Source: Felis catus (Eukaryota). Taken from it: a DNA stretch of 64,000 nt. The position numbers were made by a program, and so were the translations under genes. Positions 12,288 to 26,472 of the stretch are shown here, one piece after another (the first letter of the stretch is position 1; each line of letters opens with the position of its first letter). The stretch is taken from positions 54,500,001 through 54,564,000 of the forward strand of contig NC_058382.1 in the NCBI RefSeq assembly GCF_018350175.1, read 5' to 3'. The notes beneath the pieces are model-generated. The model had not been told where the DNA came from and ran no database searches. It saw nothing but the letters and a program-made list of their open reading frames with translations.

Positions 12288-14329
12288 CTGGAAAATAAAA
12301 GGAAAGGGGAGAAAAGAGACAGCAGATTATATTACCATTTACATATCAGCTGAGTTAGATATTTTAAAGTATTTGCAAAATAAGTTGTTTCCGCTGATAA
12401 AATTCTTATTTGTCTTTTATTTCACTGAATCTGAAATTGCAAACACAGTACAGCACCTACATCCTAATAGATGCACAGATATTTACTGAATTAATTTCTT
12501 CCCAAAATATGAATTCAGGAAATATTTAAGATGAGTGAGTATTGTCCCTGTTCTTTAGGAACTCACGATCACACGCATCTAACCTCTGCTTGAACACTTA
12601 TAGTTATGAGGAGCTCACTACCTTGAGAGGTAACCTATTTCGCTGTTGGCCACTTCTACTTGTTCCAAAGTGTTTTTTATGTTGAACCAGTGTTTCCACG
12701 TAAATTCTACTGCCTATTTCTTCTTGCCTGCTATAATGTGGCAAATATCTGGTTACAGATGAGCCACTTACTACCTCTTTTTTAGGCTGAACATTCCTGG
12801 CTTCCATAGAGGTTCACAGAACATGGCTTCTGCCTTCTAATAGCTACCAAGCACCTTTTATAAAACGCTTTAATATCAATATTCCTGATAAAAAATATCA
12901 CAACCAGAATTAAATACAGAGCTCCACACAGTCTGATAGATGTGGGCTACAGTGGACCTACTAGTTCTTAGGACCTAGACATGTTATTTCTATAAATATT
13001 ATCAAGAATAAATGGCTCTTGGCAACCATATTATCCTATTAGTTCACGTGGAAACTTCTAGTCAGCTAAACTTCCCAGGATATTTTTCATTACAAAGAGT
13101 CATCAAACGGATTCTCCCCAAATCCTACATTTCTGTAATTAGTTGGATCTAAATGCAGTTTTCACCTGGAGGTTTTCAGCCTAGTATTCTGATCAGTAGG
13201 TTATTAAATAACAGGAAATACACAGCCTGGCACTTAGACAATGCACTCATTTAAAGCAGAGAAACTTGAATATAAGTGTTTTTACATGGATATATGTACA
13301 GGTTTATATACACCAATACAGACATTATTTTAAAGGTGAATGAAGGGTCCCTATGAAAAAGGGGAAAAATATAAAAGTAAATTCAAGTTGAAAAAACTAA
13401 GTATTGTGAACAGCTAGACATCAAAATCTTTTAGGAGCCGGAGATATGGGAAGAGGCCACAGAAATGAAATCAGTGATAGAGAGCTAACTAGAGACCTGA
13501 CTGGATCCCCCGCCTCTGACCCCTGAGACAATGGTGTGGAGGTTCATGATCAGTCCATCTTCGGGTCCTGTAACCTCAAATACAGGGAGCTAGGCTAGAT
13601 GATCTTTAAGAAGTTTTCTGGATCTAAAGTTTTGATTGAAGAGTTATAACATAGCTTCTGGAATGATAGTTTCTGAAATTTTTTTCTTCCCCATCAAAGG
13701 ACCACTTCAAATTATAGATGAAACACCAGGTCCCTTTAACCAAAATCATTCCTTTTATCTGTCATACATTAATTTTCTTCTGAAGATTTTTCGGGGGGAA
13801 AGGGCATTTCATCGCTTTAACAAGTTTTGGTTTTGTTTTTTTTTTTAAAGGCACTATTCTAGAACATGCAGAGATACGTACTCGGAGAAAAATATTTGAT
13901 ATCTATCTTTAATCACATATGCTGGACTGCCCACCAGCAATCAGGTTGGGAGAAGGGTTTTAAGGGTAAATCTTCAGAATACTGTGTAGGTGGCCCCAAA
14001 AAAAACAGGTTAAAGAGCAAATTATACTCTATGTTAAAATATATGTTAAGATATGCCCAAAGGGAGTCCAGATGGCCTCTGAATAAAAGAAGGAAAAGAA
14101 AAATATATGCATGTGATGTTATTCACAAAACTTCACTGAACAACGTAGATAGAATGGAAGCTCAGTTAACCAAAAACTAAACCAAACCGAACAATTAAGA
14201 GGGACAAAAAGGATGCTGCAAAAGTAATATTAGTGATTCTTTCAATAAAACGGGGAATGGGGGGGGGGGGGGCAGTAACACAGTGGCAAAGAGAGGCAAA
14301 GGGAAACTGGCCAGGTCCTTCTAGTTAAA

Positions 14330-14700
14330 AGCTTCAAGGAATAAAGTACTCAAATGGCACATGAAGGAAATGATAGAGGAGCACGTGAGAGCAGTAAATG
14401 GTAAACCAGAAAGCATTAAAGGCAGAGAGGAAATAAATGAGCACAGGTTCAGAGGACTGAAGCATGAAAGTACAGACAGAAAAACATCTATAAATCAGGT
14501 AATGAAGCAACATAAAAACCACATAGAGGACTTAGAAAATAAGTCAAGGAGAAAATCTAAAATTTATATGAAAACAAAGTAAGAAAAATATCTACAACAT
14601 CCTACCAAACGGTCGCTAACGTCTCAGGACCTCCTGGGAAGAAAATTTCATATAAAGATCTAATCACCACACCAACGGCAAAAATTATTGAACCAAAAGA
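14330..14700 (+). mobile_element. Ancient L1/HAL1 ORF1 remnant
   Basis: A-rich; ORF 14361-14582 contains HIEDLENKSRR, resembling the L1 ORF1p DLENRSRR motif. Confidence 0.5.
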
Positions 14701-15256
14701 AGAAAAAAAAATCTAAATTTAGGGGAAAAGGCGAACAGACACAACAGAAAGCATGTGAGAAATAAATCGCTGCAATGAACACCACAGCGTGGGCTTCGTT
14801 TTCCCATAATCCTTATGAAAACCAAACAAAGCCCTAGGTTCAGCTTTCATATAAACTAGCTTTACCAGTGAAGAAAAACTCTTGAAAAATCAATTTAAAA
14901 CACTTACACACGTACATGTTTGTGCAAAGAAAATGATGACCCTGAAGTGAGAACTCCAGAAAGTTCTTCAAACAGTAAAGACACTAGAAAGGGACTCTAG
15001 GAAGAGAAAAAACAAACAAAACCAAAAAACCCCCAAAGCCTCAGATTGGAAAATACAAAAAACAAAAATATAGATGCTGGACAGCTTCAAATATTATAAC
15101 TAATACCTTCCACCATGAGGCAAATAGGAAAAGAAGTTCAAAAATATGGAAAATGCAAAAAAAACTGGAAGGCAGGTTTTAATAGTTACAGATTTTTTAA
15201 GGTTTTGGACATAACACAACTCATGTGTGAAAAGAAAGGGAATTAAATTTCTTTTC

Positions 15257-15473
15257 GAGGCACCTGGGTGGCTCAGTCAGTTAAGCGCCGGATTTTGGCT
15301 CAGGTCATGATCTCACGGTTCGTGAGTTCGAGCCCCATGTCGGGCTCTGTGCTGACAGCTCGGAGCTTGGAGCCTGCTTCAGATTCTGTGTCTCACTCTC
15401 TCTCTGCCCCTCCCCTGCTCGTGCTCTGTTTCTCTCTCAAAAATAAATAAACATTTTTTAAAAAATTAAAAAA
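15257..15473 (+). mobile_element. CanSINE
   Basis: Typical head, (CT)n, A tail. Confidence 0.9.
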
Positions 15474-16056
15474 TTCATGTCTTTTCAAAGATTTCAAAAG
15501 CACCCTACTATATGTCCAAGGTCATGTCATGGCCTAACACCGAGTTTAGGAAATAAGTGTTTCCAATCAAGTCAAACTAGATCCCTATGGCTTGTACATG
15601 CCATGGTTATAAAGAAATTCACAATTTTAAACCTGTGAGGAGACCATGTCTGGCTCCCACCATGTTCTATGAGGGAACAGGCCCGAAGAGTATCTGTTAC
15701 CCACTACAGGTAATAGCTGTCAGAAGTCTTTCTGCTAAAAAAATTCAACTTCCCAAACCTTGCAATTCATACAGGAGAGTTACAATGATTACAATAAGGA
15801 AGTTGTTTTCATTTACGTGCATGCAAAAACCAAAAACCAAAAAACAAAAAAAAAAATCTTAGCAATGTTCTAACTGTCCCCAGAAAAGGCTTTTATTTCT
15901 CCTCTTGGTTTTAGGGGAGGATGTATGTCTAAAGTCAATTCTCTCTGTTATACTAAAATTCGGAATAAAAATTAATAATGGCAATATTGTAAAATATTGT
16001 TCAAAAATGTTCTATTCTACTGTTCAACCATTTTTATTCTTTAACACTTTTCTTAC

Positions 16057-16128
16057 CTCATTCTTCAAGCATTTTCTCATCTCCCGATCAAGATCATTGC
16101 AATGACCAAAAAATTTCAGAATGCTGTG
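16057..16128 (-). CDS. CMC2: CMC2 second coding exon
   Basis: tcttccttttag|CAC AGC ATT...AAT GAG|gtaag; 72 nt, [24 protein letters not shown] with the second CX9C. Confidence 0.97.
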
Positions 16129-18012
16129 CTAAAAGGAAGAAAAGGGGTAAAATATTTCATCCCACAACATGCTAAGGTCTCTGGCACACAGAATTTAAAT
16201 ACTTATTCCTACAGAAATGGGTTTAACGTGTCAGCACATTGTTAATAAGCAAATAGGTAAGTCACAGGTATGAGGTGTACAAATAAATGGACTTATCCTG
16301 GCCATCCTAAAGGAGAGATAAAAGCTCTGCAGGTAGAAATGAAAAACCAAAAGACTTTTCCTTACTAAAAGGGAAGCCTATTAAACTGCCAAAACCTCAC
16401 AATGACAGAGTGTAAACAATTCTGTTTTCAAGTACCTCTGTCTTTAAGGGCATGTTAACATCACAGCACAATCCATCATCTACTACGGGGAGTGATGTCA
16501 AAGTGCACTGTGGCCATATTAACATGACCAGTAACTTCTTTCAATAGCAAACACTCTGTCCCACTGAAGAATTACCTAATATATGCTGAGTGCCAACACT
16601 ATTTTCTCATTGGCCTCCATTCAAAATGTCATCAAAATACATCAGAAACACGTAACACTATTATTAAACGGTCTATATGGACCACATAAATAAGCCACTA
16701 ATCCACAATATCAGAAAATCTATGTCTGAAGTTCAAAGTCTGCTTTCTTTGAAAAGCAAAAATAAAAATCTCCCAGTGGTTTCAAGGCCTACGACAATGA
16801 TCATGGCAAAAAGTACAAATGCTCCAAAGCAGATCACGATGAAGGCGGAGGTCAAGAACACGAATTTTTAGTAGTGCCATAATTAGTGCGTTTGCACATC
16901 ACGATTTTTAAGGGTGCCCAGGACAGCATGGTGATGGCCTAAAATGACATGCCATAAATGCTGAACTTGAACTTGTAGTTATACTAGGCACCTGTTCCTT
17001 TTCTTTCCAATTAAGGCTTTCACGGAAACAGACAACACATAGTTTATAAGCTATGCCCCTCACTACTCCTTTCCCCCTGCTTCATCGCCGCTTTAAATGT
17101 CCTCTTCTGGTCCAGTCAACGAATGGGTTGGTTTTTCTGGCAAGCATTTAAGGTAAACTGACATCTCCTACTGGTTGCCTAATGACCTTTTCAGAATAAG
17201 TGTTTCTTGTGTATTTTTCCCAAACTATTTCTCTGACTACAGATGGACGGGAACAATGCATTTTCACACACTTTCTGGTGAGGCAGAAACAAAAGAAAGG
17301 ATTAATGTTTAGAATGTAAGGCAGTATTTCACAGTTTAGTTCACAGTGATTCCTATCACCCCATACACATACATCTTATGTTTAAATCAAGGACAGCAGC
17401 TATTTTTTTTTCGCTTTCACCCCAATATTTAAGCCCAAAGAAATACACTCTTGTGACATTATGTGCAAAACAAACCCAAAGTGTCCCGCTGGACTTGGTA
17501 AAAGGAACGCCCATGGACTACAGTTCTCTTGCACACACAGAGCAAAGGCCTCCAGTGTGTGATGTCTGTTTCCAGAAAACCAAACTGGGCCAGTGATTGA
17601 ATACATGGGCAATCAATCGATATCTCGAAGACAAGGACTAGGGATACAGTAGTGAGGAAGGTGGACCTGGGCCCTACTCTCACAGAACACGGTCACAGAA
17701 CAGAGTGAGTCAACGAACAGAGTGACTGTTATAAAACAGTTGTTCTCCAAGTGCAGTCCAGGGGCACCCACGAGTTCCCAGGAGCTCTCCAGGGGGTGTA
17801 TAAGATAAAAACTATTCTCCTGATAATCAAAGATCTTATTTGTTTTGTTCATTGTCATTCTCTCACAAGGCTACAGTAGAACTTTCCAGAGGCTGCTCAG
17901 AGGACAACATCACCAAAGACTGGACATGAGGCAGATAGGAGACTCCAGCTATATTCTATTAAGCCAGATACCAAGGAGAATTGCAAAAATGCAAAAACAA
18001 TGTCATTCCTCT

Positions 18013-18223
18013 GTTTTTTAATGTTTATTTATTTTTAAGAGAGAGAGAGAAAGTGCACACGTGCACGCAAGCAGGGGAGGAGCAGAGAGGAGGGCGGACA
18101 GTGGATCCAAAGCAGGCCCTGCAATGACAGCCCAGAGCCTGACGCGGGGCTCCAACCCACGAACCGCGATCATGACCTGAGCTGAAGTCAGAAGCTTAAC
18201 CAACTGAGCCACCCAGGCTCCCC
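18013..18223 (-). mobile_element. CanSINE
   Basis: Reverse-complement head ending at 18223; TSD CAATGTCATTC. Confidence 0.9.
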
Positions 18224-18999
18224 AAAAGCAATGTCATTCTTTTGACTCTGTCTTTTGTTTCAGAAAATAAGATCTTTTTTTGTGAAAAATTACTATGTTA
18301 ACATGTACTGGATTTATTATTGTATTTTTATATACATTTACATTTTTTTAAATTTCTCAGTTTTAATTTCTACTTCAGTAAATATCGGTAGCTAGAGTCC
18401 ACACACACAAAAGTTACTTGGGGTCCTCAAGAATTTTTAAGAGTGTATACGAGTCCTGAGACCAAAACGTGTGAGAAGTACCTTCAAGTAGGAAACGGAC
18501 TACGTATGGTGTTACTAGAGGACACAGTGACGACACCAAGAGAATCTAGGCCAGGAAAGGAGGAAATGAAGAGGCAAAGACAGATTACAGAGAATAAAAC
18601 CTGGAGGATGATGAAACCCGGTATAGCATGCGGGGAAGAGGAGATAGTGAGGAGGGCTCCAAGATAAGCCAAGGACAAAGCAAGCCCAAAGCCTCAGAAG
18701 AGAGAAATGTGTGCTCCACACAACTGCAGAAAAGGTCGCTGGGGAGCGAGGGGAAAAAAAGAGTGCCGGAGGGTGTGAAACCCAAGGCTAAGTAGGGGCC
18801 ATGTTCATGAAGGTCCTGAAACAACACGAAGGAAGAAAGTGAGATCGCGTACCGAGCAAAGGGAGCCGGTAGAGGGGAGCGATGCCTGAACGTAGTTTGA
18901 ACAGTCACTCCTGACGCGGTGTGGAAAGTGAGCGAGGGTAGAGAAGAGGACAAACCCGTCAGGGGACCCGGTTGGCCCCACGAGGAGAACACTGGAATT

Positions 19000-19748
19000 A
19001 ACTGGTGTTCAGAACAGACACATAAATCGGCGGAACGGACTAGAGCCCAGAAATAGACCCAGTCATGTGTGGTCAACAGATTTTTGACAAAGGCAGCAAG
19101 TTAATTTAGGAGGGAAAGGCTGGTGTCTGCAACAAATAGTGCTGGAAAAACAATCCCCGTAGAGAAAGGAAAACACTGACTCCTACCTCATACCAGACAC
19201 AAATATTAACTTGAAATGGGTCACAAATCTAAATGTCACAGCTAAAAGCCTGAAACCTTTGGAAGAAAAAAAGGAGAAAATCTTTGTGAGCAGGAAACAC
19301 ACAAAGATCCTTAGAATGCAAACAAACAAACAAAAAAACCAAAACCAAAACAAAACCCCTCACAAACACTGAAAGAAAAAACTGGCAATTAGACTTCATC
19401 AAACTTACAAACTGCTCTTTGAAGCACAACCTTCAGAAAGTGAAAAAGGATGCCACAGACTGAGAACATACTCACCACACGCTCGTCAATGTCTCCAATT
19501 GTCAAGACAGGGTCTTGAATGTCAAATGAAAACAAATTCTTAAAACTCAATAAAGCAAACAACCCAATTTTAAAATAGGGGCAAAGAAAGTAATAATAAT
19601 TAAATAAGTAAACTTTTAAAATTAAAAAAAAATAAACTATAGGCAAAAGACTGTATGAATGGTCAACAGGCACATGAAAAGATGCTCAAAATCAGTCATC
19701 AGGGAAACACACTCTAAAACCAAATGGGACGCGACTGCACACCCACAA
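19000..19748 (+). mobile_element. Old L1 ORF2 3' fragment
   Basis: AGAGCCCAGAAATAGACCC...TTTGACAAAGG...CACATGAAAAGATGCTCA motifs. Confidence 0.85.
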
Positions 19749-20682
19749 AATAACGTTAAATATCATTAAAATAACGTACAAATAAAATAACGTATAATGT
19801 ATAAATAACGTTAAGATAACGTTAAATAAAGACTTATGATATCAATTCTGGATCTACATGTATGCTGAAAAAAGTCTGTCTCAAGTATATTGTCACCAAC
19901 AACGTTCTTTGAACAAAAAATATCTAACTTCACAGATCAGAGGTAGTACTTACTACCTGTTAGCCTTTAAATTTTACTCATTTAAATGATACATACTGAT
20001 ACCATAATTTTATATATCCACAGTTTATGAATATCATGAGGAAAACGCATTTTGCAAAGTTAAAACCACAAATGCTCCTTATAACTGTCTCATGCATCAA
20101 ATATATGAAAAAAGCTTAATATCTGACGTCCATAAAAATATTGGCGTAAGTGAATAAATTCCAAAAATGGGTTTCCTTTCCATTTTGGTTTTAACCATGG
20201 AATTTTACTTCCATTCCACTAACAAGTAAGTAAACCTGCCAAATTAGGCCAATCATAATTTACACCTAGCTAATATCTAATTCTTAAAAAAAATTTCAAT
20301 CTCCTTTAAACACAGAATGATGGACATCAAGGAAAATCTTAGAAAATTCTTACAATAATTGCATTATGATCAGAAGAGTCAGATTAACGCAATTGTTCTA
20401 ACATCCTGTAATTAAAAAAAAGGAAAGTATTTTATTGAAAGAACATGGGTTCTGACTGTTACATATCATTTCAAAAGTTCCCTAACAAACTACCATGCTT
20501 AATTTTTAGTAATCACGAATGGAAACGGTATCTGAAAAATCACAAGCATCAATCACTAATCTTTAGTAAGCTAAGATCTGCCATATTATCATTCCCCTTC
20601 CATCAGTGGAGGTAACGTTTCACATCACTGTGTTGTACCTAAGTTTCATCTTTGCTTTATGGTCATTTTTCTGAACTCTTAC

Positions 20683-20763
20683 ATTTTTGTGACATTCCTT
20701 AAGCAAGTTAATCAAGACGTTGCATTCTTCAGTGTGCAAGTGTGGAGATAAGTCAGGATGCAT
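20683..20763 (-). CDS. CMC2: CMC2 first coding exon (exon 20683-20797, 34 nt of 5' UTR)
   Basis: Minus strand cttgtatccacag|GTCGC...AAAG-ATG CAT CCT...AAA AAT|gtaag; [27 protein letters not shown] with the first CX9C. Confidence 0.97.
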
Positions 20764-21579
20764 CTTTAGGAGGAGGGATGGAGCGCAGCAGAGCGACCTG
20801 TGGATACAAGAGTGTCTTGAATATGTGTGACTGTACTTGTTAATGCGACCTAAAGCTACTTCAGTAAAAACCTGCAGTGAGCTTTATCAGAAAGGAATGC
20901 TCACCTTAGGCAAATTATTAACCTTGAGCCTCAGCTTCCTTATCCAGCAGTTTAACAGATTCAGCAAGTTATCAGGTGTTCAGAGAACCTGCAGTTTCTA
21001 AAGAGGCCCAACACTGGAAAGAAGTGCTCTAGCAGAAACGGCCAGCCTCTCTTAATAAGCCTGATTTCAATTATTTTCCCCACATTCCTGAAATTGATTA
21101 CAACTCATTTTGTTCAGATGAAATTCTACAAAACAAGAGAACTGGTTTATTAATCCTTTTAAAATGTATACTCCTCTCAGAGGGTTAAAGCCCCATCAGT
21201 CTCACATTAGTGTGAATTAACATGGACTGTTTTCTTCCTAACATGTGGCTGAGAAAATCTAACTAAACAATGAAGAGAAACAAAAAGCAGATGTGAAAAA
21301 AGTTTTTCAGTTTAGCAGATCTGTCCATAAAATGCAATTATTACAATGAAAGCAAGATGCTGAAATCCCAGAAATTAAATTTAATTGGTTCATTCACAAA
21401 GGAGAAAATTAGCAGCCAAGGTCAAAGGAAAAGCATTATTTTGAAGTGTTTGCTATAGTTATGTAGCACTATTTACCTACTCTTTTTTGTAACCTATTCT
21501 TTTTAACTTGGAAAAGATTACCAAAAGAAAGAACCAATGATTGCTTTAATCTTCTAAAAGGTTTCAAGAAAGACAACCT

Positions 21580-22930
21580 AAAATAATGACCTTAGGCAGG
21601 ACAAAGAGTTCTTAGGTCAACAGCACAATTCATAAAAGAAAAAATTGGTAAAATCTTATCAAACTTAAAACTTTCTCGCTTCAAAAATATACCATTAAGA
21701 AAATGAAAAGACACAGGCATGGAAAGTAGAGCACAGGGAATGCAGTCAATAATACTGTAATATGCTTCTCGTGGTGAGCATTTCATGACGTATATAATAA
21801 ATTTTAAAAAAAGGATAAGCCACACTTTGGGTGATGATGATGTGTCAATGTAGGTTCAGTTGTAAAAACACACAACTCTAGCGGGGGATGCTGATCACGG
21901 GGGAGGTTGTGCATGTGTGGGGCAGGGAGCACATGGGGTCTCTCTGTACGTTCTGCTCCATTTTGCTGTGAACCTAAAACTGCTCTAAAAAATAAATATC
22001 CTACAAGCTGGTGACTAGGGGAAAATATTTGCAAATCATGTTTGAAAAAGGACTTGCTACCTAGAACATATAAAGAATGCTTACAAACCAACCCAACGTT
22101 TAAAATGGACCCCCAAAATGGGCAAAAGATTTGAATACTTCACAGAAGATGGTACGAGAATGGTTAATTAAGCACATAAAAAAAAGGCTGAACACCATTA
22201 GTCACAGGGAATTCAAACTAAAACCACAATGAGATACCACTCATTTCCACCCGAATAGCTATAATCAAAAAGTCAGACAATACCAAGCAATGGTTAGGAT
22301 GCAGAGAAAACAGACCTCATGCATTGCTAATGAAAATGTAAAATAGGACACACTTAATTTGGCAGTGTCTTAAGGAGTTAAACACATACTTACCAAATGA
22401 CCCCTGACCACGGAAGCCACACTCCTAAGAATATACCCAAAAGAAATGAAAACATAAAACCACACAAAGACATGTATGCTAATTTTGACAGCATTATTCA
22501 TCATAGCCAATACTGGAAACAATGCAAATGTCCAATAACCTGCCAACTGGATAAATAAATGTGGTATGCCTAGACAATGGAATACTATTTAGCAATTAAA
22601 AGGAATGCACGGACACAGGCGCCAACGTGGATGAACCTCAAAGCACCAAGCTGAATGAAAGAAGCCAGATTCAAAAGACTATACATGATTCCATTTATAT
22701 ACAATGTGTAGAAAAGGCAAAATGGTAGAGAAAAAAAGCCGATGGTTTGCCTACACCTGAAAGTGAGAGGATTATTTGTCACTGGCCACAAAGGAATACA
22801 TCTGCGCGACGAAAGCATTTTAAAACAGGATTGTGGCAGTGGCCGCACAACAGCAGTTTACCAAAATCACTGAACTCATGGTGGGTGAATTTTATGAAAT
22901 GTAAATTATACCTTCACAGAGCTAATACAA
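21580..22930 (+). mobile_element. Old L1 3' region with nested fragments
   Basis: AAAACCACAATGAGATACCAC and TGGATAAATAAATGTGGTAT motifs. Confidence 0.85.
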
Positions 22931-23089
22931 AAACGTTTGAGAATTTCAAACTGCCTATCTACTTTCCACTCTCAACAAGTCCTTACAAATGTCTAAACAA
23001 AGAATTCCAGAGCATTACAGTATCCCTACTATTTCAAACTCCATTTCCAAAAAGACCAGTGGATCACTGTTCCACTGAGCGACTGGCTA

Positions 23090-23093
23090 CGCG

Positions 23094-23143
<50 letters not shown>
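23090..23143. repeat. (CG)n(CA)n microsatellite in CMC2 intron 1
   Basis: CGCGCGCGCGCGC followed by about 20 CA units. Confidence 0.97.
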
Positions 23144-23146
<3 letters not shown>

Positions 23147-24036
23147 CGCAAACCACAGCTGACAATCCCAAACCAGGCCGCTATGCCCAACTAAGTCCTT
23201 GAGTCTCTGAAACACATTTGGAAATGCAGCCAAGTTCAAGTTTTGTTTGCCTGCCGCTGACTACGAAGTCTTCTTAATGACATAATCTTTTCCCTCAGAA
23301 AAATGAGGCCTCATACGGTCTAGAAATTTAAGTCATCTAATGTACTATTAAGTCACTTAGAAACTGTCTTTTTATTTTGTAAATGTGACAAAACATTTTC
23401 ACTTCTATCAACCAAGTCCTCAGATTTGTGCTTTTACAATTTGGAAACAAGCTTATGATGTACTGAAATGACCTCTTTGGCCCATTAAATACTTTAGAAG
23501 ACACTTTGCAGCTGAGACAAATACGCCCACATTGTATATAAGTACAAATGCATACATACCACGATGTATATTTTTCCTCCCTCTGTTACAAAAGTTTATG
23601 CGCTGTAGACCCAGCCAGGGTACCAATAAGATAACTTCCTCTCTACTTACTATCCTATGTAACTATGTCAAAGAAGAGAATGGTTTCATATAGTTTCCTT
23701 TTCCTATTCTTCTTGGTAAAAAACTAAACTACTACTTCTCAATCTACAGCTCTAAACACTGACCTACCTAATCCCTTATCTAACAAATTCCTTGCTTTAC
23801 CAGTCATTCCCCCCCCCCTTTCCTCCACCCCACCTTTTCAATGAGATACCCTCTTCTTCTTTCCCTCTGTCCACCCTGTACCCACACTCTCTTCCAGCGC
23901 CCGGCTGGCTGCGCGTCCCGTTGGTGCTTACACGGGTATACTGCCACACTCACAGCTATAAAACGACGCCACTGTTCCCACAACACTTGCTGTGAGTGCT
24001 GATATCTTCCAGCAGTCATCTTTAAAAGCCTACTCT

Positions 24037-24250
24037 GGGGCATGTGGGTGGCAGGTGAGCATCAGACTGCGGCTCAGGTCATTATCTCGTGGTTGGCGAG
24101 TTCGAGTCCCGTGATAGGCTCTGGGCTGACCCGCTCGGAGCCTGGAGCCTGCTTCGGATTTTGTGTCTTCCTCTCTCTCTGCCCCTCCCCCATTTGTGTT
24201 CTCACTCTCGCTCTCCCTCTCGAAAACAAACATTTAGAAAAATAAAAAAT
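24037..24250 (+). mobile_element. CanSINE
   Basis: Diverged head; TSD TAAAAGCCTA(C/T)TCT. Confidence 0.88.
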
Positions 24251-26027
24251 AAAAGCCTATTCTAATAAACATTACTATAACTCAAAGTAATTTATGAGCT
24301 GAAGAAAACTAAATGTATATTCCATATTCTTACTTTTAACATTCCTTCAAGGCCATGACTGTATCTACATTATTAGTGTAGAAAATAATTTTTGAACACT
24401 TACCACACACTGGGCACAAGTCTTCTAATCCTTCCAATAACTGTAAATTCATTGGAACCGTAAGAAATTGCCTTTTTGTACTTCAAGTATGCATTACTCA
24501 CATGTTCACATTAAAAATAAGTCCCAGGTCACATAGCAAGTGGCAGAGTTACTACCACCCAATGCAATCTCTAAACCAGGACAAATTATTCCCATGTTCG
24601 AAACAGAAAACTTCCCAGCAGTTTGTGGGTGAAATACATTCAGATAGAAAAAACTATTTCCCAAAGAGCCTCTGGTTGGCTACAAGTCCAACAAGCACTA
24701 ATTGCAGGTTCCAAAGAAGACCATGTAACATTATCCTGCATTTCTAGAAACAGAGGGTCAGTCTACCTCAAGAAAAAGGACAATACTGTATTCGTCCTGA
24801 GCAGCCAAGTCCAGAATATTGACAATGTGAATATTCCTGGAGAGACTGCTCAGGATGAAGACGGCTTTGCCTCTACTCTTAAACTCTTCTTCTCAGGATC
24901 CGTAAGAAGCTATTAATGAAACTGGGAATATTTACCAATTTAGGGAAGCCCCCATCAGAGGTGACAGATAAAAGGAACAACCTGGTTAAGTAGGAGAAAC
25001 GATGGATCTGAAGGCAAAAGTTGTGGACTTATCTGTCCAAAAGTTATAACACTTTGGTTACTTAATCTGACCTAAGTCTCTTCTTCCATAAAATGGTATT
25101 AGCTCTGGACCTATATCTCTGAGGGGTTATGAGGTTTAAAATAACACATGTGGGAGTATCTGAAATGGTAAGCAGTGAGCGTGACATTTGCATTTGTATA
25201 TGTGAAATGCTCATCACATGACGGGAAAGGCTGCACTGAATCTGCAATGGTGTTTCCAAGGTATTTCTGAGGACAGGACTGGAAACCAAAGAGTGGAAGA
25301 CGTCATCTTCCTGGAGCTGTCCAACAATGAAGGAAGCTGCAATGGGAAGTTCTCGGTTACCTGTCTTAATGTACCCCAAAGAGACTGGCTACATCAATTG
25401 AGGATGTCACAGAGCGTATTTCTGCACTGCACTCTTCACTTTCTTCTCAAATCGAAGTTCACAACTAAACGATTTTAACCTGTTTTCAGAAATGAAATTC
25501 GCAATGGATAAAAACTTATCACCACTAGGAAAATACAAAAAAATTTCAAAAGGGTAATGCCAAAATAATTATGAACATCAGCGGCATTGATGAAACAAAG
25601 GTGAAGGGAACATTTGTGATTAAGACTTCACATGTGTCTGTGTGCACTAAGAAAGAGGAATAAATTCCATTCACACTGTTATGACTGAGACATAAAACTT
25701 CGGTCCCACTTTTACACTGGCATTTAGACAACACCAGGTTAACTTGTCACAGTTAAAGGGCTTCCCTCCCCAACTCCACCCACTGCCTCTAGCATGCAAA
25801 CGTTTATACTAAAACAGATGCTGAGACTCTTTAAAATGTTCAGTTGTGACAATAACTGGGTGATTGGCCCCTGCAAAGCAATTTTAACCTTTACTTGGGG
25901 GTACGCTGGGAGGACAGAAGCAGTATGGTAACTCTCACTAAAGACATAAAGATTATAGTCTTATTCACCTGATTCTACCAAGACAGAGGTAAAATTTTCC
26001 TAATGAGTATTCCATGATAGATTTCAA

Positions 26028-26041
26028 CCACCAGGTGGCAC
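26028..26041 (+). promoter_or_regulatory. CTCF core motif
   Basis: CCACCAGGTGGCAC fits the CCASYAGRKGGCRS consensus at every position; occupancy unknown. Confidence 0.55.
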
Positions 26042-26263
26042 AGTTTTAAAAAATAAGCCAATAAGTAAGCAATTCATGACCTCTAGTAAAGAAAAAGGAG
26101 TAAGCATTTTAATAACACCTCAGCAAATCTATAATCACGAGGAAACCCCCTATTTTAATGTCACTTGTGTTTTCTTTCCAAAGATTTTGCTGTTTTGTGG
26201 CTGCACCAGAAAGAAATGTACTCTACAGTTGCAATTTCTAATGTCTTTTTAAAACAAAAAACA

Positions 26264-26472
26264 GGGGAGCCTGAATGGCTCAGTCGGTTAAGCGTCCGAC
26301 TTCAGCTCAGGGCATGATCTCACGGTTCGTGAGTTCAAGCCCCGCATCGGGCTCTGGTGCTGACAGCTCCGAGCCAGGAGCCTGCTTCGGATTCTGTGTC
26401 TCCCCCTCTCTCTGCCCCTCCCCTGCTCGCACTCTTTCTCAAAAATAAACATCAAAAAAAAAAAAAAAAAAG
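26264..26472 (+). mobile_element. CanSINE
   Basis: Typical head, (CT)n, A tail. Confidence 0.9.

Noticed and set aside
19748..19830. CRISPR-like or other prokaryotic array
   Set aside because: The motif is only 7 bp with irregular short spacers in a mammalian intron; no prokaryotic genes are seen anywhere in the window.
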